Assembly (NCBI GenBank): GCA_051439425.1
Contig: JBFRWD010000076.1
Span: 1 to 25,342 of the forward strand
From: Synechococcus sp.
Lineage (GTDB): Bacteria > Cyanobacteriota > Cyanobacteriia > Thermostichales > PCC-7336
Direction of reading: 5' to 3'
DNA length: 25,342 nt
Part shown: piece by piece, positions 8,863 through 18,858 of the stretch
How positions within the stretch are numbered: position 1 is the stretch's first letter
Layout: each line of letters starts with the position of its first letter
Translations under genes and position numbers: made by a program
Notes under the pieces: generated by a model
Seen by the model: the letters and a program-made list of their open reading frames with translations, nothing else
Databases searched by the model: none
Told to the model about the DNA's origin: nothing

Positions 8863-9852
8863 TTAGCTGTTGGGAACGGAATCGAGAATGCGAATTTGTA
8901 CGTTGGCCACGCCCATCTGATGAACCCCTAATTCGCGGGCTGCTGTTTCGGACAGATCGAGGATTCTGGGGCCAATGTAAGGGCCCCGGTCGTTGACCCG
9001 AACCACAACAGTACGACCTGTATCGGGTGAGGTTACCTGCAGCATGGTGCCCAAGGGTAAGGTTTTATGGGCAGCAGTCATGCTCCCAGGGACAAACAAT
9101 TCCCCCGATGCCGTAGGACGTCCATAAAAATAAGGGCCATACCAAGACGCAAGCCCTTCGAGGTCAATCGGGCCGGAATTGAACTGATTCCGATAAGTGT
9201 TGGCTTCCGTCTCGGACAGAGGACTGCCATCTAATGCAATACGCAGATTGTTGACCCACATCACAGTGAGATCTTCGGGAGTACGGCCGTACCAACGCGC
9301 CGTATCGGAATCAACTGTAAATACAACTTCTCCGTCAACGCTGGCCACTGCCATGTCATTCACGGTGTCGGGGGCCGTACTGTCGGCTGACAACAGGGCA
9401 AGGTCTGCAAGATCGGTCAATCGCTCGGCAATGACTCTAGCCCGATCGCCGTCGTCTTCTCCAAATGAGGCCACAGCAGTGTTGTTAACGAGTACCTGAT
9501 TGCGGGTACTGCCGTCAGCAGCGATCGCCGTATCTACTTCAATCTCCGGCCCTAAAATCGCTGTGAATGCTTCTGAGAAATCAGACTGTCCTCGTTCGTC
9601 AGGATCGACAACAGAGAAGCCGACAATATTCGCTAGAGAGCCGGTCATATAAGATTGCGAGGCATTGCCAACTGCAGCGATCGAGCTGAGGGCAACGCCA
9701 AGAACTCCTAGAGTCGCAAATCGAGCCCTGTGAGTTTGCTTGCGAACGGGATGATTCAGCCCTCTGTGACACCGCAAAGCAATGTAATGCAGCGCACGGG
9801 ATACGCCTGTATAAACTGGTCGAGCCGATTTGCCCGCCTCAATCTTGGCCAT
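8863..9852 (-). CDS. rlpA: Septal ring lytic transglycosylase RlpA family protein
   Basis: C-terminal DPBB domain GLASWYGPYFYGRPTASGE...TAAHKTLPLGT...VRVNDRGPYIGPRILDLS; N-terminal hydrophobic segment; WVNNLRIAL motif seen in cyanobacterial homologues. Confidence 0.9.
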   Translation of the reverse strand: MAKIEAGKSARPVYTGVSRALHYIALRCHRGLNHPVRKQTHRARFATLGVLGVALSSIAAVGNASQSYMTGSLANIVGFSVVDPDERGQSDFSEAFTAILGPEIEVDTAIAADGSTRNQVLVNNTAVASFGEDDGDRARVIAERLTDLADLALLSADSTAPDTVNDMAVASVDGEVVFTVDSDTARWYGRTPEDLTVMWVNNLRIALDGSPLSETEANTYRNQFNSGPIDLEGLASWYGPYFYGRPTASGELFVPGSMTAAHKTLPLGTMLQVTSPDTGRTVVVRVNDRGPYIGPRILDLSETAARELGVHQMGVANVQIRILDSVPNS

Positions 9853-10108
9853 GTCAAGAAATATTACACACCACGGCTAAGCATTATCGCCGAGGAAGTC
9901 GAATAGGTAAATCAGCCTATAGGTAGAGAAGGGAAGGTTAAAAACCACCTCAGCCCAGGTAGTATCGGGTACTGAATGCCGTTGAACACATTCGGCGAAC
10001 TCATGTTTGCAGAGCGAGTAATGTCCGTTGTCTTGTTGTTGCCCTGGCTCGCGTTCTGGCAATGTACGGTTCTGTCAGCATAGGATTCTGATTCTAAATT
10101 GCTTGAGC

Positions 10109-10387
10109 TCAGGCCCAGTCATCGCGATTGCTGAAGCTTTCTTTGTAGGCATCGCCAGTGGCGTGCAGCTGGCGGGTTTTCTCGAACAATTGGTCTTCGC
10201 TGAGTTTCCAGGTCTCCAACATGCGGTCTAAATCTTGCTGGATATCGCGGGCTCCTGGAAACTTGTCGTAGCGAATGCGCAAGCGGGCAACCTCGACCAG
10301 GTTGAGGTCAGTTGGGGTTCCTTCCTTGATGATGGAGGTAAGAAGGGCACGATCTTTGGAGTATTGCGGATGCTTCTGATCGCTCAT
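10109..10387 (-). CDS. DUF3288 family cyanobacterial protein
   Basis: DQKHPQYSKDR...LVEVARLRIRYDKFPGARDIQQDL...W.LSEDQLFEKTR. Confidence 0.8.
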   Translation of the reverse strand: MSDQKHPQYSKDRALLTSIIKEGTPTDLNLVEVARLRIRYDKFPGARDIQQDLDRMLETWKLSEDQLFEKTRQLHATGDAYKESFSNRDDWA

Positions 10388-10536
10388 ACCAGCTTTAGCC
10401 CCTAGCTTTTGGAATTGTGCGAGATTGCAGTGTAACGTTTATCGTTTCGACTTCTGAGAATTTTGTTCGCGCTATAGTGGCTCCGAAAACGATCTACCTC
10501 TACTGACACTCATAGCCTTCATGATTCACAGAACTT

Positions 10537-11451
10537 GTGTTTGAAAAAATTCTATCGGTGTGGCGGTTCTCACGTCCGCATACTATCTACGGCACCACAG
10601 TGAGTGTTATCGGCTTGTATCTCCTTGCCTCAAACCCCTTTGAGGCTGAGCCACTTGGGGTGAAAGCTTTGTCTTTCTCCGCATTCGCTATTGCGTTGGT
10701 GGCTTGTTTGAGTGCCAATGTCTACATTGTCGGGCTCAATCAACTCTTTGATGTAGAGATCGATCGCATCAATAAGCCTCACTTACCCTTGGCATCCAAA
10801 GCCCTGAGCTGGCAGCAAGGATGCTGGATTGTCGCCCTAACAGGGGGGGTGAGTGTTGTCCTATCTGCCATTGCTAACCCCTACCTATTGGCCACAGTCC
10901 TCATCAGCAGCATTATCGGTACGGCATATTCCCTCCCTCCCATCCGTCTCAAACGCTTTCCGGTACTAGCGTCTTTGTGTATTTACACAGTTCGGGGATT
11001 GGTGGTCAATATTGGCTTGTACCTCTACTTTCGATCTGCGGATTCGCTTGCGCCGCAAATATCCCCTGAATTGTGGACGTTAGTGGGATTTGTCCTGGTT
11101 TTTACTCTGGCAATTGCTCTCTTTAAAGACATTCCGGATATGGAGGGCGATCGGCAATTCAACGTCGCTACTGTCTCCATCTTGTTAGGAGCCCGACAAA
11201 CGTTTCACATTTGTTTGTGGTTATTGACGGCAACTTATGTCGTTACAGCAGTAGTTGCCCTATGGCTATCTTCTCTTGATGCGCGCATTCTTGGAATCGG
11301 CCACTCGATTGCTGTCGCTCTTCTTTGGTGGTACCGCTCTCGGCTCAAATCTTGGTCTTCTGTCCGAATGTATGACTACTATCAATTGATTTGGAAATTG
11401 TTTTATGTCGAATATTTGTTATTCCCGCTGGCGTATTTAGCCACTCTATAG
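10537..11451 (+). CDS. hpt: Homogentisate phytyltransferase (tocopherol biosynthesis, UbiA family)
   Basis: WRFSRPHTI.GT, NVYIVGLNQLFDVEIDRINKPHLPLAS, YSLPPIRLKRFP, KDIPDMEGD, YQLIWKLFY.EY. Confidence 0.93.
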   Translation: MFEKILSVWRFSRPHTIYGTTVSVIGLYLLASNPFEAEPLGVKALSFSAFAIALVACLSANVYIVGLNQLFDVEIDRINKPHLPLASKALSWQQGCWIVALTGGVSVVLSAIANPYLLATVLISSIIGTAYSLPPIRLKRFPVLASLCIYTVRGLVVNIGLYLYFRSADSLAPQISPELWTLVGFVLVFTLAIALFKDIPDMEGDRQFNVATVSILLGARQTFHICLWLLTATYVVTAVVALWLSSLDARILGIGHSIAVALLWWYRSRLKSWSSVRMYDYYQLIWKLFYVEYLLFPLAYLATL

Positions 11452-11679
11452 AGACCAACGTTTATGCATGGAAGCTGCCCCGGATTGTGTCATCAAAACT
11501 CAGTCCTCGCGCTTGGCAATACACGGGACTTCTTGCTGACTGCCAGACGGGATGGCAACGTGCGAGAAGGCTCTCTACGCAAGATGTTGAACTCAAGGAA
11601 TATTTAAATACCTGGAGCGATCGGCCCCTCCCGCAGGAGAAGAAGATCGTCCATTGACCTTGGCGTCACTAGCGCGGAT

Positions 11680-13485
<1,806 letters not shown>

Positions 13486-13721
13486 CTAGCACTCGCGAAT
13501 TGGAATGAAACAGAAGATGTAGCGATCGCGTTTGATTGTAAGCAGCCTTTTCTACTGCATTCAAAGTGTTCTACTGGGGGGTAACAATGATTAGGCGCAA
13601 ATAGCTCGCTTACGCGCTGATGATGCTCGGGTATCTCTATTTCAAGCTTAATAATTAGCGCCTGTGAAGTTTGCTGTCTTCAGAATTCAACGTCACCTTC
13701 GGTTTTGCGGCTCTCACTTAG

Positions 13722-13754
13722 AACAAGAAGGCCCACTGCCAAGGAGCAGTGGGC
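13722..13754 (-). terminator. Putative intrinsic terminator downstream of the small basic ORF
   Basis: 9-bp stem GCCCACTGC (13731-13739)/GCAGTGGGC (13746-13754), followed on the minus strand by CTTCTTGTT. Confidence 0.6.
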
Positions 13755-13912
13755 TGTAAAGACAAAAAAGTTGCCGTCTTCTCACCTAACGGTCTGTTAT
13801 CTAACCGTTTACAGGGTGTGGATTGATTGGGAGACCGAAATTTCAAGGTGTCCTTCTCAATTCTGCAAAGTCATCGACACCTTTACTCAGCCAAGTGAAG
13901 ACCTCAGGCAAA

Positions 13913-14050
13913 TTAAGACTTTGCATCACCGCCGTCAGATCCACCCCTACCTCGGCGAGAGTTACGGCTTCTTGCTTCCTGACGCAATTTGCGGGCATAT
14001 TCGCGGTTGCGCTGGGCTTTTTCTTTTTTCAAGTTGCGGCGTTTAGCCAT
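13913..14050 (-). CDS. 45-aa highly basic small protein (MAKRRNLKKEKAQRNREYARK...), absent from the ORF track
   Basis: Translated by hand: MAKRRNLKKEKAQRNREYARKLRQEARSRNSRRGRGGSDGGDAKS*; GAGGA RBS upstream; N-terminus resembles a small cyanobacterial conserved protein recalled from other genomes. Confidence 0.75.
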   Translation of the reverse strand: MAKRRNLKKEKAQRNREYARKLRQEARSRNSRRGRGGSDGGDAKS

Positions 14051-14282
14051 AACGGATTCCTCTGACAGTGCTTGAGCAAACTAGTGTGCTGACGTCGAAA
14101 TAGGGAAGAGGTCGACACGATCTAGCAAAAACTATTGCGGTCTCCGAGCTACTGCCACCCATCGGCAAAGTCAGGGTTGAGAGAAAGCAAGGCGATCGCC
14201 ATCCTAGTCAAAACGGGCAGCCGCCCCAAAGTCAATGAGCTTGCGATCGCTAACAGAAGTAGAAACGGCTGCAAATGGGTGA

Positions 14283-14585
14283 TTAATAACCGGACTGGAA
14301 GGACCGCTCTCCAGCGGGACGGGGGCGAGGTGCACCACCACCAGAACGGGGGCGAGCTTTGTTGACGCGCATTTCGCGACCCAACCACTCGGCTCCATCC
14401 AGATTTTCGATTGCGGTATCTTCTTCAGCGTCGGAGGATAAGTCTACAAATGCGAAACCACGAGGACGACCGGTTTCGCGATCGGTGGGGATGGTGACAT
14501 TTGTTACGGTGCCGTACTCAGCAAAAACTTCTTGAATATCTTCTCTGGTGGCTCTGTAAGACAGATTGCCAACATAAATGGACAT
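14283..14585 (-). CDS. rbp: Cyanobacterial RRM RNA-binding protein (Rbp family), 100 aa
   Basis: MSIYVGNLSY (RNP2), RPRGFAFV (RNP1), LDGAEWLGREMRVNKARPR; true start is ATG at 14585 with GGAG RBS, not the track's 14690. Confidence 0.95.
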   Translation of the reverse strand: MSIYVGNLSYRATREDIQEVFAEYGTVTNVTIPTDRETGRPRGFAFVDLSSDAEEDTAIENLDGAEWLGREMRVNKARPRSGGGAPRPRPAGERSFQSGY

Positions 14586-14763
14586 TTGACTGGATACTCC
14601 AATTTCTAGGGATGCTTTGGGAAAGACTGGGGGTTGGCCCGCTCGAATCGACGGGTTTCTACCTCCGACAAAGCGGATATACTTTAACACGTTTGCCAGG
14701 CCCGTAGAGCCCCATGTCTTGTGGACTTAACATTCCCCACCGATCCCGTCTTAGATGTCGCGG

Positions 14764-14818
14764 AAAAAAGGTGTTTTCACCTGCCGCTTGCCCAAGCAGC
14801 TCGTAGTCCCAACTACGA
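14764..14818 (-). terminator. Three abutting hairpins ending in a U-tract (terminator of the methyltransferase gene or an sRNA 3' end)
   Basis: Minus strand: TCGTAGT-TGGG-ACTACGA, GCTGCTTG-GG-CAAGCGGC, AGGTG-AAAA-CACCT, TTTTT. Confidence 0.55.
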
Positions 14819-14846
14819 AATTCCCCATCAGAGCATGGAGTCTGAA

Positions 14847-15560
14847 TTAACTGGGAAGGGCCAGAGCATAACTAACAAATAATTCTCCAGCTGCCTGTTT
14901 CTTGATTTTTAGTCCGTGCTGCTTAAACGTGCGCTCCCAGTCAGCAAGTGGTGTAAATTCGGGTTCCCCTCCCTTCTCCAGCTCGATTAACCCCCATTCG
15001 TCCGCCCATTCGGATTCGGGATCGACCACATCTAGCACCAAGGTCGATTTGGGCTGAGTGACGCGCAGCAGTTGGCTGATTACTGCGGAGAAATAGTCGG
15101 GTGGATAGTAGTAGAACATGCCGGTAGCGATCGCCATTTGAAACTGCCGCTCGTCGTACATACTCAAATTATGAGCCACCCCTTTGGTCATCTCTTTGAA
15201 AAGCTTTGAGTTGAGCTGGGGGCCGCGTGATTGAACGAATTGCACGGTTTTGGGACTGAGTTCGTGGCCGTGGAAGTAGGCTTCCCAATGCCCCCAGGGG
15301 TAGATGAGGAAGCTGACGCCGCAACCGATATCCAGACAGTTTTCTTTCTTTTTGGGTTGTCGGAGTTCGTGGAACGGTACTCCCAAGCGACTGTCGAGTC
15401 CTTCTGACTGACAGGCTTGCCAGAATTGGGTGGATTGAATATCGTCCGATAGTTCCCACTTGGCTTGGCCCAGTTGTACTTCTACGTCGCGATCGAAGCG
15501 CTTGGCGAGTGGATCGGTGATGGCGGCCCATTCGGTTTTGATGTCGCTGGGAATAGACAT
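14847..15560 (-). CDS. Class I SAM-dependent methyltransferase (cyanobacterial conserved)
   Basis: Motif I CLDIGCGVSFL; FQMAIATG; SRGPQLNSKLFK conserved segment. Confidence 0.8.
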   Translation of the reverse strand: MSIPSDIKTEWAAITDPLAKRFDRDVEVQLGQAKWELSDDIQSTQFWQACQSEGLDSRLGVPFHELRQPKKKENCLDIGCGVSFLIYPWGHWEAYFHGHELSPKTVQFVQSRGPQLNSKLFKEMTKGVAHNLSMYDERQFQMAIATGMFYYYPPDYFSAVISQLLRVTQPKSTLVLDVVDPESEWADEWGLIELEKGGEPEFTPLADWERTFKQHGLKIKKQAAGELFVSYALALPS

Positions 15561-15689
15561 GGCATTCCTTGATTTCTATGGGGACGGCCTCGATCGCAAT
15601 GGGGTCGGCGAGTTTGGATGGCTCAAGTGTAGACAGCACTATAAGGTGCCAGGGAACTCTTAGGGGCGACTGTTGATAGGGCAAAGTGG

Positions 15690-16511
15690 TTACTCGGGCT
15701 GGCATTGGGGGCAATAGTAGCAGCGACGACCTCCTAAGGTTTCTTTCACGATTGGGGTATGGCAGGTGCGGCAGGGTTTGCCTTTGCGGCTGAAGACGTA
15801 AAAACGGTAGTCGCGACGGCGATAGCCTTCGGATTTGAGGGCCAGGGCGGTGTCGAGATCGTTGGTGATGCCTTTGGTTTCGTAAGACTGGCGGGTGATG
15901 GTCAGGATGTTGTCTGCCAAGTTGTCGAGCTGGGTTGGGCTGCAGTCAATAGGGCGTTGGGATGGGTGTAGGCCGCTGACGAATAGGATTTCGCTGCGCA
16001 GGTAGTTACCTAATCCACTGAGGCACTGTTGGTCGAGTAGAAGGGTGCTGAAGCGGCGGCGATGGAACTGCTTTTGCTGGAGGCGATCTCGGACTGTGTC
16101 CACAGTTGTGTGCTCATCTAAGACATCTGGCCCCAGTTTGCGTAAGAACGGATGTTCCACAATATCGCTGTCGGTGAGAACAGAGATGTCAGACGCGCTG
16201 TAGAGCAAGGCGGATTTGTGGGGGGTGTGGATGGCCAGTCGCAGTTGGCGGTTGGTGGCAGGGTAATTGTGGGCTTTGCGAATCATCCAGACGCCGTAGA
16301 GCTGGTTGTGGCTGTAGATGCTGAGGTCGTTGGAGAAGCGGATCAGCATGGCTTTGCCGCGTGGCTTGACGCTGACGACGGTTTCACCGGTCAGTTCTGC
16401 TTCGAAGAGTTTGAGGCGGTCGAAGGCGAAGAAGACGTCTGTGGTTGATTGGTTGAGGAGGGCAGCGGCGATGCGATCGGCTGACTGGCGAATTTCTGGA
16501 CCTTCAGGCAT
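15690..16511 (-). CDS. nei: Endonuclease VIII (Nei) DNA glycosylase/AP lyase
   Basis: N-terminal PEGPE, RGKAML..F..DLSIYSHNQLYGVW, H2TH LLLDQ..LSGLGNYLRSEIL, C-terminal zinc finger CxxC...CPQCQ. Confidence 0.93.
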   Translation of the reverse strand: MPEGPEIRQSADRIAAALLNQSTTDVFFAFDRLKLFEAELTGETVVSVKPRGKAMLIRFSNDLSIYSHNQLYGVWMIRKAHNYPATNRQLRLAIHTPHKSALLYSASDISVLTDSDIVEHPFLRKLGPDVLDEHTTVDTVRDRLQQKQFHRRRFSTLLLDQQCLSGLGNYLRSEILFVSGLHPSQRPIDCSPTQLDNLADNILTITRQSYETKGITNDLDTALALKSEGYRRRDYRFYVFSRKGKPCRTCHTPIVKETLGGRRCYYCPQCQPE

Positions 16512-16786
16512 TGCAAGATGCGAGGTTTAATGTCGATACAACTATCCCGTGCGCTCTCGCTCTAAGTCTAGATTGAGCTAGCAAAGACTTTTTCTCAACA
16601 GCTTTCATTCGCTCACCCCACATCACACCTATCTCAGCAACTAACTCCCTTGGAAGAGAGGTATCTTCAGTTAAAACCTCAAGCTAAACTGCCTTCTTAC
16701 TCCGAATCCACATGAGCACACTTCATTCAAGAACCAGAAGAGTCCTCCAATAATCAAAGCGCCTAGAAGTAGCGATCCAATGTGCG

Positions 16787-17003
16787 CAATTTGGCACCAG
16801 TGTGTTCAACATCTTGATGCTGGGAGTAGCTCACCAAGGTGTTGCCATTCCCTTGGTATGGAGCATGCTGGATAAGCGTGGCAATGCCAACATTCTGGAG
16901 CGGATGAATCTGTTCGCTCGGTTTCTCGAACAGTTTGGGGATGTCCACATTGTTCATCTGTATGGCAATTGAGAGAGTTTATTGGGCGGTTGTGGCTGCG
17001 CAA
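16787..17003 (+). pseudogene. Internal fragment of an IS4-family transposase
   Basis: Hand translation QFGTSVFNILMLGVAHQGVAIPLVWSMLDKRGNANILERMNLFARFLEQFG...GN*, then in a shifted frame REFIGRLWL (cf. NILML..P..W..L.K.GNS...ER and ADREFIG..W motifs). Confidence 0.75.
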
Positions 17004-17276
17004 TCTCGTGTTGGCCTACGACATGGTGGAGTATGGCAAGGCCCGCTACAACTTACTCACGAATGCGGGTCATCGGTTTCCAGGGGGGAAAGCGGAGCAT
17101 GTATCGGCTAGCAAGTTAGCGGAATGTTTGGCCGATAGTTCCCACCGCGATCGCATTCCCGACTATCTCAAAGAAGCTCACGAGTTGTTGAAGGGAGCAG
17201 CCGTCAAGCGGCTTTCTCAAAGTTGATGGATAACCCTCTAGCCATACATCCCAGACCTCTATCGATACAAACATGG

Positions 17277-18752
17277 TTAAAACGGCAAATCATCAACCGA
17301 CCAATCCTCGCTTGACTCAGCCGCCCGTCTCCCACCATGCTTGGGCACCAATTTTAATGGCTTAGCCACTCGCTGCTTCTTCCTATTGCTTCCACGACGC
17401 CGATCGCTCGTCCGCTCCTCCACCGTGTCCTCCGCAATCACCTCGTACAGCACCGCCTGCTTACTGCGATCCGCCCCCTTCCGCAAAATCCGCCCCAGCC
17501 GTTGCACATACTCCCGCGTCGATCCCGTCCCCGACAGCAGAACAGCCACCTTCACCTCCGGCACATCCACCCCCTCATTCAGCACGTGCGACACCACTAA
17601 AGTTTTGTAGGTGCCATCCCGAAAAAACTCCAGCGTCGAATGCCGCTCCTTCACAGGCGTCTGATGAGTAATCGCCGGAATCAAACAGTCTTGCGAGATG
17701 CGATAAACCGTTGCATTGTCGTTCGTAAAAATCAGCACCCGCTCCCCATCGTGCCGCTGCAGCAAGTCAATCAGAATGCGTAACTTTCCCTCTGTCCCCA
17801 ACGCAATCTGCTTCGCCTCCCGATGGGCCAACATCGCCCTGCGCCCCTGAGGCGATCGCGCACTCTCTGTCACAAACCGCTGCCATCCCTGCAAATATCC
17901 CAACCGAATTTTGGAGTCCCTCAGAAACTGGTTCCGCACCTCAATTAAGGACTCGTACCGTTCCCGCTCCTCCGCCGTCAGCTTTACCGCCAGCCGCACA
18001 ATCTCGTAATCTGCCAGCGCCGTGCCTGCCAAATCCTCCGCCGACTTGCGATAGACCTCCGGCCCAATCAACTCCATCAAATCTTCATGCCGCCCATCGC
18101 TGCGCTCCGGCGTCGCCGTCAACCCCAGACGGTAGGGGGCGATCGCGTACTCTGCAATTACCCGATTAAAATCGCTCGGCAAATGGTGGCACTCATCAAA
18201 CACCACCCCGCCATACTTCCCTCCCAACGTCTCCGCATGAATAGCTGCACTATCGTACGTTGCCACCAAAATCGGAGAGCGATCGCGCGAGCCTCCCCCC
18301 AACAAACCGATTTCAGTATTGGGAAACGCCGCTACCAATTGCTCGTACCACTGATGCATCAGATCCAGCGTGGGCACCACAATCAGACAACTGCGCCCCA
18401 TCTCCTGCAACACTAAGTGGGCTAGATAGGTCTTCCCCGATCCCGTTGGCAATACCACTACACCGCGCCCTCCAGCCTGCTTCCAGGCGCTAAGAGCCTC
18501 CCGCTGATGCACGTAAGCCTTGCGTCGCGTTCGGGATTCGAGCGTTAGCTGCTGATATCCCCGCGCCTTATCTTCAAATTCTGTCGGCTCCAAATGCAGC
18601 CGCTCCACCAATTGACGATAATAAATCGCCGGGATGCGAAACCGTTCGATGCGATCGTCCCAAGTGGCAAAATCAATCCAGGCCTTTCCTCTGGGTGGGG
18701 GGTGCAGAATGAGCGTGCCGCGATCGTAGGTGAGGACGGGAAGGCGAGGCAT
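17277..18752 (-). CDS. SF2 helicase, XPB/Rad25 (SSL2)-like
   Basis: LPTGSGKT, FDECHHL, LGLTATPER, VLNEGVDVP, QRLGRILR; N-terminal WDDR...R.PA..Y segment. Confidence 0.9.
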   Translation of the reverse strand: MPRLPVLTYDRGTLILHPPPRGKAWIDFATWDDRIERFRIPAIYYRQLVERLHLEPTEFEDKARGYQQLTLESRTRRKAYVHQREALSAWKQAGGRGVVVLPTGSGKTYLAHLVLQEMGRSCLIVVPTLDLMHQWYEQLVAAFPNTEIGLLGGGSRDRSPILVATYDSAAIHAETLGGKYGGVVFDECHHLPSDFNRVIAEYAIAPYRLGLTATPERSDGRHEDLMELIGPEVYRKSAEDLAGTALADYEIVRLAVKLTAEERERYESLIEVRNQFLRDSKIRLGYLQGWQRFVTESARSPQGRRAMLAHREAKQIALGTEGKLRILIDLLQRHDGERVLIFTNDNATVYRISQDCLIPAITHQTPVKERHSTLEFFRDGTYKTLVVSHVLNEGVDVPEVKVAVLLSGTGSTREYVQRLGRILRKGADRSKQAVLYEVIAEDTVEERTSDRRRGSNRKKQRVAKPLKLVPKHGGRRAAESSEDWSVDDLPF

Positions 18753-18858
18753 TGGCTAGCCGGAACGGGATTCTGCTCATTTTATCGGGGAAGCAGCTAG
18801 TTCTCGCGATCTGCCAGACATACCTTCAAAGATGCAGCAGCTACCTGAAAAGTTTGTC

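Noticed and set aside
9877..10062. c-di-AMP (ydaO) riboswitch or small ORF upstream of rlpA
   Set aside because: Consensus motifs not found; the ORF lacks recognisable features
10537..11451. Functional link between hpt and the aromatic amino acid operon via 4-hydroxyphenylpyruvate
   Set aside because: Separated by several unrelated genes; hpt is a core gene and no hppD is present in the window
6638..11570. 15-bp exact match CAACGTGCGAGAAGG at 6638 and 11556
   Set aside because: One such match is plausible by chance in 25 kb, and there is no flanking similarity
14586..14690. N-terminal extension of Rbp (likewise TlyA 21192-21272 and DUF5009 20260-20277) in the ORF track
   Set aside because: Family homology starts at downstream ATGs; the extensions are UTR or repeat sequence
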